From NCBI GenBank assembly GCA_041662295.1, contig JBAZSR010000002.1, positions 2,130 to 66,129 on the forward strand: DNA of 64,000 bases, given 5' to 3'. A model generated the notes under the pieces. It did no database searches. It saw nothing but the letters and a program-made list of their open reading frames with translations, and was not told where the DNA came from. The DNA is from Elusimicrobiota bacterium. Its GTDB lineage: Bacteria > Elusimicrobiota > Elusimicrobia > UBA1565 > UBA9628. Shown here piece by piece: positions 29,952-43,524 of this stretch. Made by a program: the position numbers and the translations under genes. Position 1 is the stretch's first letter; each line of letters opens with the position of its first letter.

Positions 29952-31073
29952 ATACAGAGGACGTGGGCCGTCTTGATCGCCGGATTCGTCCTTCTCCTGG
30001 GACTGCTGCTCCTTTCCAGCGATGGGATCCATCACGCCAATGACACCGCGTCGTATCTGCAGAGCGCCGCCAACGTCGCAGCGGGATTTCCCCCTGTCGG
30101 GGTCCGGACGTCGAGCATCGGCTATGCCGCCCTGATCGCTGCCTCCCGGGCCTTGGGGCTCGGCTTGTGGGGCGTCATGGCGATCCAGACCCTCCTCTCC
30201 GTGCTGGCTGCAAGGGCGCTATTCTCCCTCGGCCAGAGGCTCCACAGCGACCATGCCGGCTTTCTCGCTGCGCTGTTCCACCTCTGGAATCCGGACATCG
30301 TCCGCTGGCACGGCTACATCCTCACGGACTCCATCTACACTTCGCTCGTCGTGCTGGTCACGTGGAGCCTCGTGCGGGCATGGGAGAACCGGACCTTGAC
30401 GGCGCATCTTGCCGCGATGGCACTGGTCGGGCTTGCCGCATTCACGCGGATCAATGGCTGGCTGTTGGTGCCAATCGCGCTCTATCATTGCGCGTCGGTG
30501 CTGCAGGTCTCCGCGGCCAAGAAACTCCTGCTTGTCTCAGTCTGCCTGGCTGCCTGCGCCGGGGCTGGGCTCCTGGCCCTGGATTCCGCAATCCTAATCT
30601 CGGAGACAAGCCCTCTCGAGAGGCTCTACAACGGCGAAGTCTTGGGCAAGATCGGCCGCTGGCGCATCCCGATGCCCGCCGCGCCGGCTGGCGCAGGCAT
30701 CGCGGAAGCGCCCATGTACATCGCATCCCACCCTCTCTCCTGCCTCCGCTTGGCAGGGACGCGCCTCGCGGTGGAGCTGTGGCACGTTCGGCCGGAGTAT
30801 TCCGCGCTCCACAACGCCCTCATCGCCTCATTTTATCCCCTGATGCTCCTGTTTTCCCTATGGACCATGTGGCGGTTCCGGGCCGAAGCGCTCGTCCGCC
30901 TCTGCGCCGTCATCGCAGGAGCCCATCTGCTGCTCGTCTCCATGACGTTCCCCGACCATGACGGCCGGTATCTCCTCTTCATCTTTCCCCTGATTGGACT
31001 CTTGGCATCCGCTGCCATCGGCTCCATTGCCCGCGGAGTGCGCCCCCCGATGCCAGGAACACGCTCCCCATGA
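29952..31073 (+). CDS. Multi-pass membrane GT-C glycosyltransferase (GT39/GT83, ArnT/PMT-like)
   Basis: About 11 TM helices. The first periplasmic loop carries HANDTASYLQSAANV. Confidence 0.55.
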   Translation: MQRTWAVLIAGFVLLLGLLLLSSDGIHHANDTASYLQSAANVAAGFPPVGVRTSSIGYAALIAASRALGLGLWGVMAIQTLLSVLAARALFSLGQRLHSDHAGFLAALFHLWNPDIVRWHGYILTDSIYTSLVVLVTWSLVRAWENRTLTAHLAAMALVGLAAFTRINGWLLVPIALYHCASVLQVSAAKKLLLVSVCLAACAGAGLLALDSAILISETSPLERLYNGEVLGKIGRWRIPMPAAPAGAGIAEAPMYIASHPLSCLRLAGTRLAVELWHVRPEYSALHNALIASFYPLMLLFSLWTMWRFRAEALVRLCAVIAGAHLLLVSMTFPDHDGRYLLFIFPLIGLLASAAIGSIARGVRPPMPGTRSP

Positions 31074-32280
31074 GACTGTTGTTCTTCGACTTCACCATCA
31101 CATTCGGAGGAGGCCCCCAGGGAACGGCCTATCTCGTCCACCGCCTCAGCACCGACAACGAAGTCCATGTCGTCGATGCATACGGCTGCTGCGGCATGTA
31201 TGCCGAGGCGATGAATAAGACCGGGGCCAGGCATCATGTTCTCAAGCGCAATGCACGAACCACCAGCGTCGGGCATTACGGAGCGCCACTGGCGCGGCTC
31301 GTCTCGCTTATCAGCCAGTTGCCGGAGCTCTGGGATGTCCGGCAAAGATTGGAGCGCACAATCCTCGAGGTCGACCCGGACGTCATCTGGGTGAACAATG
31401 AGAAATCGCTGGTCTTCCTTGCCAGCATTCTGCGGCTGCGGCGCTACCCATTGGTAGTCTACATCCGCGGATGGGCGACGCCCGATCAGATGACCTCCCG
31501 TTTCAAATGGTTCATACGGAACAGGGCCTCGGCTGTGGTGGCGCATTCCCGAGCAACCATCGACCAGTTGAGACTGGCCGGCATCCCGGAAAAGCAGCTG
31601 CATTTCACCCCGAACGTCGTTGACCGCGCGGAGTTGTTGCGGCTTGCCGCAAAGGGATTCGCCATCCCCGCGCCGACGCTACTGCGGCATCCACGACTTC
31701 TGCTCCCCGCGGCCCGCATCACCCCGAAAAAGGGCCATAGCACGGCCCTTGAAGCTGTTTCCTTGCTCAAGAAAGACGGCCTCGAAGCCTCCTTATGGCT
31801 TCCGGGAGTTGCGGCGGTCGGCGACAAGAGCGACTATGTTGATAAGCTCAAGCGAACGGCAGCGGAGGCTGGCCTGACAAACAATGTGGAATTCCTTGGC
31901 TGGAGGTCGGACATGCCTGCCTCATCAGCGCAGCCGACATCGTCATCCTACCCACTTACACCGAGGGCCTTCCGCGAGCCATTCTCGAGGCCATGACCCT
32001 GAAGCGCCCCGTGTGCGCCACGCCGGTGGGTGGGATCCCGGAGATCATCGAGCACGGAAGGACGGGATTGCTCTCCGGGGCCGGAGACGCGGCAGCCCTC
32101 GCTGGGAACATCCTGAGACTCGCAGAGGAGCCGGCGGCGATGGAAAGACTCGTCCTCGAGGCCTCACGGTTCGTCGCCGGATACTGCGACCCGGAAGCCC
32201 ATACGCGGAAAGTCCTGGAGGTCTTCGGCCGAGCCGTCAGGCAGGGATGGGGCGGAACCGGCCGGCGACCAGGTCCCTGA
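31070..32280 (+). pseudogene. GT4 glycosyltransferase with a -1 frameshift near 31918-31922 (C-run GCCC to GCC)
   Basis: Frame A (31070-31996) ends ...FLGWRSDMPA. Frame C (to 32280) continues LISAADIVILPTYTEGLPRAILEAMTLKRPVCATPVGGIPEII, the canonical GT4 C-terminal motif. Confidence 0.7.
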
Positions 32281-33694
32281 CGTCGCGCCAGGCGCGCTCG
32301 CCGCAGGCGCGGATCAGGCCGCCATAGCAGGCCGCCCCTGCCGCCGCCTCGACGGCCAGAAGCGCCGCCGGGGACAGAACATCCGCCAAGCCGCTCCGGA
32401 AGGCCCCGACCACCATGCCCATGGCCGCGGAGCAAGCCAGGATCCGGGTGAGGTTGCCGATGAACTCCGCCCAAGTCAGGCCGATGAGCCTGCCCGCAAA
32501 ATGGAAGAACGGGTACGCGGTCAGGGTCCAGGCGATGGCGTATCCCGCCGCGACACCGACGATCCCCCACCTCAGCCCCGCGATGATGCCGAGCAGGATG
32601 ACGGCCTTGAGGAAGAAGCCGACCTTGAACTGGAGGTCCGCGCGGCCCTGGGACATGTAGAGCGGCCCAAGGATGGCCGTGACGGACTGCATCAAGCCCA
32701 CCCCTGCCAGGATGCGCAGCACCGGCACCATCCCGGCCCATTGCTCCCCGAAGACGACCAAGACGAACTCCTTCGCCGTGACGAAGACGCCGGCCATCAT
32801 CGGGAAGGTGATCAGCGCCACGGCCCGGCTGACCTTCAGACAGATGCTCTTGACCCGTTCCTTGTCATCCTGGAGCCTGGAGAACGCCGGGAACAACACC
32901 CTGGCCGGGATCCGAGACACGACGATCAAGGGAACGAGCATGACCAGGTACGCCCGGCTGTAGAGCCCCACCGCGGCCGAGCCGAGGACGATCCCGATCA
33001 GGAGATTGTCGAGGTTGCGCGTCAGGAGGTTAAAGGTCGTCTCCGCGGCCATGTTCACGCTGAAGGGCAGGAGCTCCCGGACCGAGGCCCAGCGGAAGGT
33101 CTTCCGGGGCCTCCACCCGCCCAGGACCCAGAGCGCCCCGGCCGTGACCGAGGCGTTGAGCAGCGTCTGGGCGACCAGGCTCCAAACTCCCCACCCGAAC
33201 CATGCCAGGAGAATCGCGGCGGGCCCTGCCACTGCCGCGGCCGAGACCTCGACGACCGCCAGCGTCTTGAAGTCGAGGCCCCTCGTCAGGAGGGCCCCGG
33301 GCACGACTCCGAAGGAGTTCAGGAGGAAGACGAGGCAGAGCACCGCGTTCATGGAGGCGAGGACCGGCTCTTGGTAGACCCATGCGACCCACGAGCCCCA
33401 GAACAACGCCAGCGCGCTCATCGCCGCGCCGCACGCGATGTTGAACCAAAGGACGCTGCTGAGCCCCTCCTCGTTGAGCTCCTTCCTCTGGATGACGGCT
33501 GACCCCAGGCCCATCTCCGCCACGGCCCCGCCGAGCCCCACGGCGACCCAAGCCATGGCCATGAGCCCGAACTCCCTAGGGCTCAGGAGCCTGGCGAGGA
33601 CGACCATGACGACGAATTTGATGACGTGCCGCCCGATCTGGCTGGCAAAGCTCCAGGTGAGACCCCGAAGGGCGCGGTCCCGGAGATCCTTCAT
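32237..33694 (-). CDS. wzx: Polysaccharide/oligosaccharide flippase (Wzx, MOP superfamily)
   Basis: 485 aa with 12-14 TM helices. Typical Wzx N-terminus (LTWSFASQIGRHVIKFVVMVVLARLLSPREFG). Confidence 0.8.
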   Translation of the reverse strand: MKDLRDRALRGLTWSFASQIGRHVIKFVVMVVLARLLSPREFGLMAMAWVAVGLGGAVAEMGLGSAVIQRKELNEEGLSSVLWFNIACGAAMSALALFWGSWVAWVYQEPVLASMNAVLCLVFLLNSFGVVPGALLTRGLDFKTLAVVEVSAAAVAGPAAILLAWFGWGVWSLVAQTLLNASVTAGALWVLGGWRPRKTFRWASVRELLPFSVNMAAETTFNLLTRNLDNLLIGIVLGSAAVGLYSRAYLVMLVPLIVVSRIPARVLFPAFSRLQDDKERVKSICLKVSRAVALITFPMMAGVFVTAKEFVLVVFGEQWAGMVPVLRILAGVGLMQSVTAILGPLYMSQGRADLQFKVGFFLKAVILLGIIAGLRWGIVGVAAGYAIAWTLTAYPFFHFAGRLIGLTWAEFIGNLTRILACSAAMGMVVGAFRSGLADVLSPAALLAVEAAAGAACYGGLIRACGERAWRDVRDLVAGRFRPIPA

Positions 33695-33704
33695 GGGCGG
33701 GTGG

Positions 33705-37762
<4,058 letters not shown>

Positions 37763-38668
37763 ACCTCTCGCGCTTAAAGCGCCTGCTCGTCGGACGCGGG
37801 TCGCCGACCCAGGCCGCCTTCCTGGCCCTCGCACGGCTCGGCCAAGTCCGCTTCGAGTCGTGCCTCGCCGTGGACGGCCACCGGCTCCACGCCCGGACCT
37901 CGGACCGGGCCCTGGCGCTCCTCCTGCACCGCCTGGGCCTGGCGGACACGGCCGAGAAGCGCTGGCTCTCCGAGAACGCGCGCCCCGGCATGACCTGCCT
38001 CGACATCGGCGCCAACATCGGGATCTACACGCTCTATCTCGCGCGCCTGGCCGGACCCGCGGGCCGTGTCGTGGCCTTCGAGCCCGAGCCCGAGAACTTC
38101 GACCTCCTCGAGAAGAACGTCATCGCCAACGGCTACGGCAACGTCGAATGCGTCCGCAAGGCGGTCAGCGACCGCGCCGGGACCGCGGACCTCGGCTTCT
38201 GCGAGGAGAACCGCGGAGACCACCGGCTGGGCGGCCAGGGCCGGAGCACGGTCGCGGTGGAGACCCTGCGGCTCGACGACTATTTCCCCCCGGCCAGCAG
38301 GGTCGACGTCATCAAGATGGACATCCAGGGCTCCGAGCTTGGCGCCATGGAAGGCATGCGCCGCCTGCTCCGGGACAACCCGGGCGTCCAGATCGTGGCC
38401 GAGTTCTGCCCCTCCCTCATCGAGGCCGCGGGCGGCTCGGCCGAGGCCTTCCCCGCGTTCTGGAGGGCCGAGGGCTTCAAAGCCTTCCTGCTCAGCGAGG
38501 GCCTGCGGCCCGTCTCGCTCGAGGACGCGTCCTCCTTCATGGACATGGGCCGGAACCAGGGCTACCTCAACGTCCTGCTCCGCAGGCTCCGGGACTGAGC
38601 TCAACGACGCCGTCTCTCCCCGCCTGCGAACGGGTACAATATCAGGATCCGGTCCCTGGAGGAACGTC

Positions 38669-41512
38669 ATGTCCTACCGCTTGAAGAAGTCCGCCGCCTC
38701 CACCCTCTCGAGCCTGCTCGCCTTGCTGCTCCTCCTCCAGCCGCTGGCCGCCGCCGTGCCCCAGCGCATCCTCTACCAGGGGACCCTGCGCCAGACCGGC
38801 GGCCTCTACACCGGCAGCGCCGCCTTCCTCTTCCGCATCACCGACTCCTCCGGCGGGGTCGAGTACTGGAGCTCGGGCTCCACCGTGGTGGCCGTGACCG
38901 CCGGGCTCTTCCGCTACCCCCTGGGCGCGGACAACCCCGGCACCGGAGGGGTCGACGAATCAGCCTCCTTCCTCACCATCGACTGGTCCAACATCGCCCC
39001 CTACGTCGAGGTCACGGTCAACGGGGATCTCCTCTCCCCCCGCGAGGAGATCCACTCCGTCCCCTACGCCATCTTCAACTCCGCTGCGACCGACATGGTC
39101 AACCCCCGGGTGCTCCGCGCCGGAGACGCCATGACCGGCCAGCTCACCATCGCGGGCTCCACCCTCACGGTCACGGGCAGCGCCTTCTCGGTCGGAGGCT
39201 CGACCCTCGCGGTCAAGGACGGCAGGCTGGGGATCGGCGTCACCGCGCCCCAGACGCCGCTCCATATCGAGAACAACGGCGCCAGCCTCGTCAAACTGGT
39301 CAACACCGCCGTGACCGCCAACGGCTGGGGCATCCGGCATCTCGCCGGCAACATCCTCGCCGTCACCGACAACCAGAGCGCGTCCGACCGGATGTACTTC
39401 GACGGCTCCGGCAACGTCGGCATCGGCCCCGTGTCCGCGCCGCTGAGCAGGCTCCACGTCCTCAACGGCGACATCCGCGTCTCGACGGAAGCGGGCCAGC
39501 CCTCCCGGGGAGTCATCTTCCAGGATGGCACCACCCTGCTCACCGCAGGAGGCGCCAATGCCTGGGCCATGGTGGACGCCTCCTCGGTCGCCAGCGCGGT
39601 CGCGGGCAACGTCGGGATCGGCACCACTCACCCGGACGTCAAGCTCCACGTGGCCGGCAACATGCACGTCGACACCTCCGGAACCTCGTCTTTGACCCGC
39701 AACGTGACCTTCAAGAGCGGGGGCTCCGCCCTGGACTGGGCCTCCTACGGCGGAGGCTGGGCCCCGGGCCTCATGCTCCAGGGCTCGACCCCGGCAGGCG
39801 CGGACAGCGCCTCGGAGTTCCTCTTCCTCTCGGCCTTGGACGACACGCAGGCAGCGCTCATCGCCTCGGGCAAGGACCTCGAGATCTACACCGGCGCGCC
39901 CCTGGGCTCTTCGGGCAGCAGGTCCCTCTACCTCGGGGGCACGGGCAACCTCTTCCTCGGCGTGGACGCCGGCAGGGTTCACGCGGCGGCCAACGGCACG
40001 TTCGTCGGCTACCAGGCGGGCTACAACAACACGACCGGGTCCAACAACACGTTCCTCGGCGGCAGGGCCGGACGGGCCGACACCACGGGCAGCGACAACG
40101 TGTCCGTGGGGATGGAGAGCGGCCTCACGAACGCCGCGGGCAACAGCCTCACCCTGCTCGGCTTCCGGGCCGGCTACAGCAACACCGGCAGCAGCAACAC
40201 CTTCGCGGGCTATCTCGCCGGCTACTCCAACACCTCGGGCCGCTACAACGTCTCCGTGGGCAACCGCGCCCTCTACGGCAACTGGACGGGCGACGAGAAC
40301 ACCGCGGTCGGCTATCAGGCAGGCGAGAGCCAGCTCTCCACCGGCGTGACCTTCCTCGGCTACCAGGCGGGCAGGGCCAACACCACGGGCGCGGGCAACA
40401 CCTGCATCGGCAGGTCCGCCTGCCAGGCCAACACGACCACGGACTACGGCACATTCGTGGGCTACAGCGCGGGGATCAGCAACACCGCGAGCTACAACAC
40501 CTTCATCGGCTTCGACGCCGGCTATTCGAACACCTCGGGCGCCAACAACGCCTTCCTCGGCTTCTACTCCGGCTACACCAACTCGGCCGGGACGAGGAAC
40601 ACCTATATCGGGACCTCGGCCGGCTATTCCGCCACCGGGAGCGACAACACGTTCCTCGGCCAAGCCGCGGGCTACAGCACGTCCTCCGGCGGCCAAAACA
40701 CCGTGCTGGGCTCCCAGGCGGGACTCAACCTCGGGACCGGAGCCGGCAACGTGCTCCTGGGGTACATGGCCGGCTACAACGAGACAGGCTCCAACAAGCT
40801 CTACATCGACAACTCCAACACCGCCTCGCCCCTCATCGGGGGCAATTTCAGCACCAACGAGGTCAGCGTCAACGGGGTCCTGGGCGTTGGGACCACGGAC
40901 CCCAACGAGAGCTTCCGGCTCGACGTCCGGGGAACGATCCTCGTCACCGACGCCACGGCTTTCGAGGGCGGCATCATCACCCACTCCGCCAACGGCCTCC
41001 TCCTCTCCGGCGTGGACGCGACCAAGGCGGTCATCCTCGCGATCAACGGCACCGAGAAGGCGCGCCTGCACTCCAGCGGGAGATTCGGGGTTGGGACGGA
41101 TAACCCCAACGACGGCATGGTGGAGGTCAAGGGCGGCTCGGTGTGCGTGGACACGAACTCCGACGACTCCGCGACCTCGTGCGTCGCCAACGAGTCCGAT
41201 GAGAGGCTCAAGCGGGAGATCGAGCCCATCACGGGCGCGGTGGAGAAACTCAAGAGGCTGCGCGGGGTGACTTTCGACTGGCGGTGGGACGAGTTCGAGC
41301 AGGTCCGGCGCTTCAAGGCCCTGCCCCACTCCATGGGCCTCATCGCGCAGGACGTGGAGAAGGTCTTCCCTGCGGCCATGAACGAGGAGATCGGGGTCTA
41401 CAAGTCAGTCAACTACAACGCCCTCGTGGGCGCCCTGGTCGAGGCGGTCAAGGAACAGCAGGCTGAGATCGACTCCCTCCAGGAGAAGGTGCGCCTGCTT
41501 GAGAAGCCCTAA
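38669..41512 (+). CDS. Secreted tail-fibre-like repeat protein with C-terminal peptidase-S74 intramolecular-chaperone autoprocessing domain
   Basis: RBS GGAGG. Signal peptide. More than 20 copies of an about 18-aa repeat, GYxAGxxNTTGxxNTFLG. The C-terminus has SDERLKREIEP...MGLIAQDVEKVFPAAM, a Ser-Lys dyad context of endosialidase-type chaperone domains. The 1148-aa ORF in the track is an upstream-extended artefact. Confidence 0.75.
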   Translation: MSYRLKKSAASTLSSLLALLLLLQPLAAAVPQRILYQGTLRQTGGLYTGSAAFLFRITDSSGGVEYWSSGSTVVAVTAGLFRYPLGADNPGTGGVDESASFLTIDWSNIAPYVEVTVNGDLLSPREEIHSVPYAIFNSAATDMVNPRVLRAGDAMTGQLTIAGSTLTVTGSAFSVGGSTLAVKDGRLGIGVTAPQTPLHIENNGASLVKLVNTAVTANGWGIRHLAGNILAVTDNQSASDRMYFDGSGNVGIGPVSAPLSRLHVLNGDIRVSTEAGQPSRGVIFQDGTTLLTAGGANAWAMVDASSVASAVAGNVGIGTTHPDVKLHVAGNMHVDTSGTSSLTRNVTFKSGGSALDWASYGGGWAPGLMLQGSTPAGADSASEFLFLSALDDTQAALIASGKDLEIYTGAPLGSSGSRSLYLGGTGNLFLGVDAGRVHAAANGTFVGYQAGYNNTTGSNNTFLGGRAGRADTTGSDNVSVGMESGLTNAAGNSLTLLGFRAGYSNTGSSNTFAGYLAGYSNTSGRYNVSVGNRALYGNWTGDENTAVGYQAGESQLSTGVTFLGYQAGRANTTGAGNTCIGRSACQANTTTDYGTFVGYSAGISNTASYNTFIGFDAGYSNTSGANNAFLGFYSGYTNSAGTRNTYIGTSAGYSATGSDNTFLGQAAGYSTSSGGQNTVLGSQAGLNLGTGAGNVLLGYMAGYNETGSNKLYIDNSNTASPLIGGNFSTNEVSVNGVLGVGTTDPNESFRLDVRGTILVTDATAFEGGIITHSANGLLLSGVDATKAVILAINGTEKARLHSSGRFGVGTDNPNDGMVEVKGGSVCVDTNSDDSATSCVANESDERLKREIEPITGAVEKLKRLRGVTFDWRWDEFEQVRRFKALPHSMGLIAQDVEKVFPAAMNEEIGVYKSVNYNALVGALVEAVKEQQAEIDSLQEKVRLLEKP

Positions 41513-41557
41513 TTTGATATCCTCGCATCGTCGGACCATCGACATCAGGAGGCGGCC

Positions 41558-42694
41558 ATGATAGACAAGCGCAACGAAGCCCTCGCGAAGATCCTCGTCG
41601 ACTACTCCACCAAGCTCAAGAAGGGCGACGTCCTCTACCTCGAGATCAAGGGCAAGCCCGCCCTGGAGCTGGGCAAGCACGTCATCCGCCTGGCGGCCGA
41701 GCGCGGGGCCACCCCCTTCTACTACTACAACGACGAGTCCCTGGGCAGGCAGTGGATCGCCCACGCCTCCGAGGCGCAGTTCAAGACCATGGCCAAGCTC
41801 CATCTGCACCTGATGAAGAAGGCCGACGCCTACATCGGCATCCGCGGCTCGGACAACCCCTTCGACCTGGCCGACATGCCGGGCAAGCAGATGGCGATGA
41901 TGAACACGCTCTTCTACAAGCCCGTACACTTCGACGAGCGGGTCCGCCGCACCCGCTGGGTCGTCATGCGCTACCCCACGGACTCCATGGCCCAGCTCGC
42001 CAAGACCTCGCAGGAGAAATTCGAGGACTTCTACTTCGACGTGTGCTGCGCGGACTACCCCAAGATGTCCAAGGCCCAGGACAAGCTCGTGGCGCTCATG
42101 AACCGCACCGACAAGGTGCGCATCAAGTCCCCGGGCACGGACCTGTCCTTTTCCATCAAGGGCATCCCGAGCGTCAAGTGCGACGGCGAGCGCAACATCC
42201 CGGACGGCGAGGTCTACACCGCGCCGGTCAAGACCTCGGTCAACGGCACCATCCGCTTCAACACCCCGACCATCCATGACGGCGTGGTCTACACCGGCAT
42301 CGCCTTCACCTTCAAGGACGGGAAGATCGTCAAGGCCGCGGCCGACGCCAACGAAGACAAGCTCAACAAGGTCCTCGACACGGACGCAGGCGCCCGCTAC
42401 GTCGGCGAGTTCGCCATCGGGGTGAACCCCTTCGTGCTCGAGCCCATGATGGACACCCTCTTCGACGAGAAGATCGCGGGGTCCTTCCACTTCACGCCCG
42501 GCTCCTGCTACGACGAGGCGGACAACGGCAACAAGTCCGCCATCCACTGGGACCTGGTCCTCATCCAGCGGCCCGAGCACGGCGGCGGCGAGATCTGGTT
42601 CGACGGCAAGCTCGTGCGCAAGGACGGCAGGTTCACGGACGCGGCCCTCGAGAGGATGTTCTCCAAGGAAAACCTCAAGGGGAGGCCGGCATGA
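41558..42694 (+). CDS. Aminopeptidase, M29 family (AmpS/PepS-like)
   Basis: 378 aa. Typical M29 N-terminus (ALAKILVDYSTKLKKGD) and C-terminal metal-binding HWD motifs. Confidence 0.7.
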   Translation: MIDKRNEALAKILVDYSTKLKKGDVLYLEIKGKPALELGKHVIRLAAERGATPFYYYNDESLGRQWIAHASEAQFKTMAKLHLHLMKKADAYIGIRGSDNPFDLADMPGKQMAMMNTLFYKPVHFDERVRRTRWVVMRYPTDSMAQLAKTSQEKFEDFYFDVCCADYPKMSKAQDKLVALMNRTDKVRIKSPGTDLSFSIKGIPSVKCDGERNIPDGEVYTAPVKTSVNGTIRFNTPTIHDGVVYTGIAFTFKDGKIVKAAADANEDKLNKVLDTDAGARYVGEFAIGVNPFVLEPMMDTLFDEKIAGSFHFTPGSCYDEADNGNKSAIHWDLVLIQRPEHGGGEIWFDGKLVRKDGRFTDAALERMFSKENLKGRPA

Positions 42695-43524
42695 TCCCCC
42701 AAGACACCAAGAACACCCGCGTCCTGCTCGCCATGCTGTGCCTGCCGCTCCTGGGCCTGGCGGCGAGACCGCTCTTCGCGGACGGAGGCGAAGAGATCCT
42801 CGCGGCCCACCCCATGCCGCTGTACAAGGACAGCGTGCCGGCCGCTGACAACAGACTGAACCGATTGACCAAGAACGACCTGGGAACGGTCCGGAAGTTC
42901 TTCGAGGCCAACCTGAAGCCCGGAGACAGGATCGAGACGTTCAGCAAAGACGACGAGACCGGCTTCAATGTCATCTACACCAAGAAGACCGGATCCCGGG
43001 AGCTGAAGGCATTCGAGCTGCGCGTGACTGCCCGTTCCGGAAAACGGCCGCCGCACACGGCGTTCGGCGAGCTTTTCGGGCAGGTCAGCTTCGGCCGCCA
43101 CAAGGAGTCCGAGCTCAAGGCCCTGCAAAAGGAGTACGGGGATATCGACCTCGCCTATTTCCGCGGAAACGAGGACAAGCTGATCGCCGAACGCGCCAGC
43201 CGGGAAGCCCACCCCGATCAGGACACGCTGAAGGCGGCCGGGAAGAAGAACAAGGTCTCAGCGGAGGACAAGGCCGAGGCCAAGGAGCTCAAGAGGAAGA
43301 TGAAGGAGCTGAAGGCTCAGGGCGACTTCGCGGGGATGATGGCGCTGGCCCAGAGCAGCAAGAAGTTCCAGGCTCCGCCGTCCAACCAGATGGAGGCCGC
43401 CAGACTCGCTGCGGAAGACCGCAGCCGCGACACCTGGGACATCTGGGTGCGCTGCCTGAAGGAAACCAAGGCGGCCGCCTACCGCACCAGGCTGGAATAC
43501 TCCTCAGACGCCCTTCCGGATTAG
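42691..43524 (+). CDS. Secreted hypothetical protein (Lys/Glu-rich C-terminal half)
   Basis: Signal peptide MLCLPLLGLAARPLFA. Overlaps the upstream stop (ATGA). Confidence 0.45.
   Translation: MIPQDTKNTRVLLAMLCLPLLGLAARPLFADGGEEILAAHPMPLYKDSVPAADNRLNRLTKNDLGTVRKFFEANLKPGDRIETFSKDDETGFNVIYTKKTGSRELKAFELRVTARSGKRPPHTAFGELFGQVSFGRHKESELKALQKEYGDIDLAYFRGNEDKLIAERASREAHPDQDTLKAAGKKNKVSAEDKAEAKELKRKMKELKAQGDFAGMMALAQSSKKFQAPPSNQMEAARLAAEDRSRDTWDIWVRCLKETKAAAYRTRLEYSSDALPD

Noticed and set aside
38960-41329. 789-aa minus-strand ORF opposite the tail-fibre-like gene
   Set aside because: It is antisense. The sense strand carries regular repeats plus a signal peptide and an S74 domain. The antisense translation is Gly/Ala/Arg-rich.
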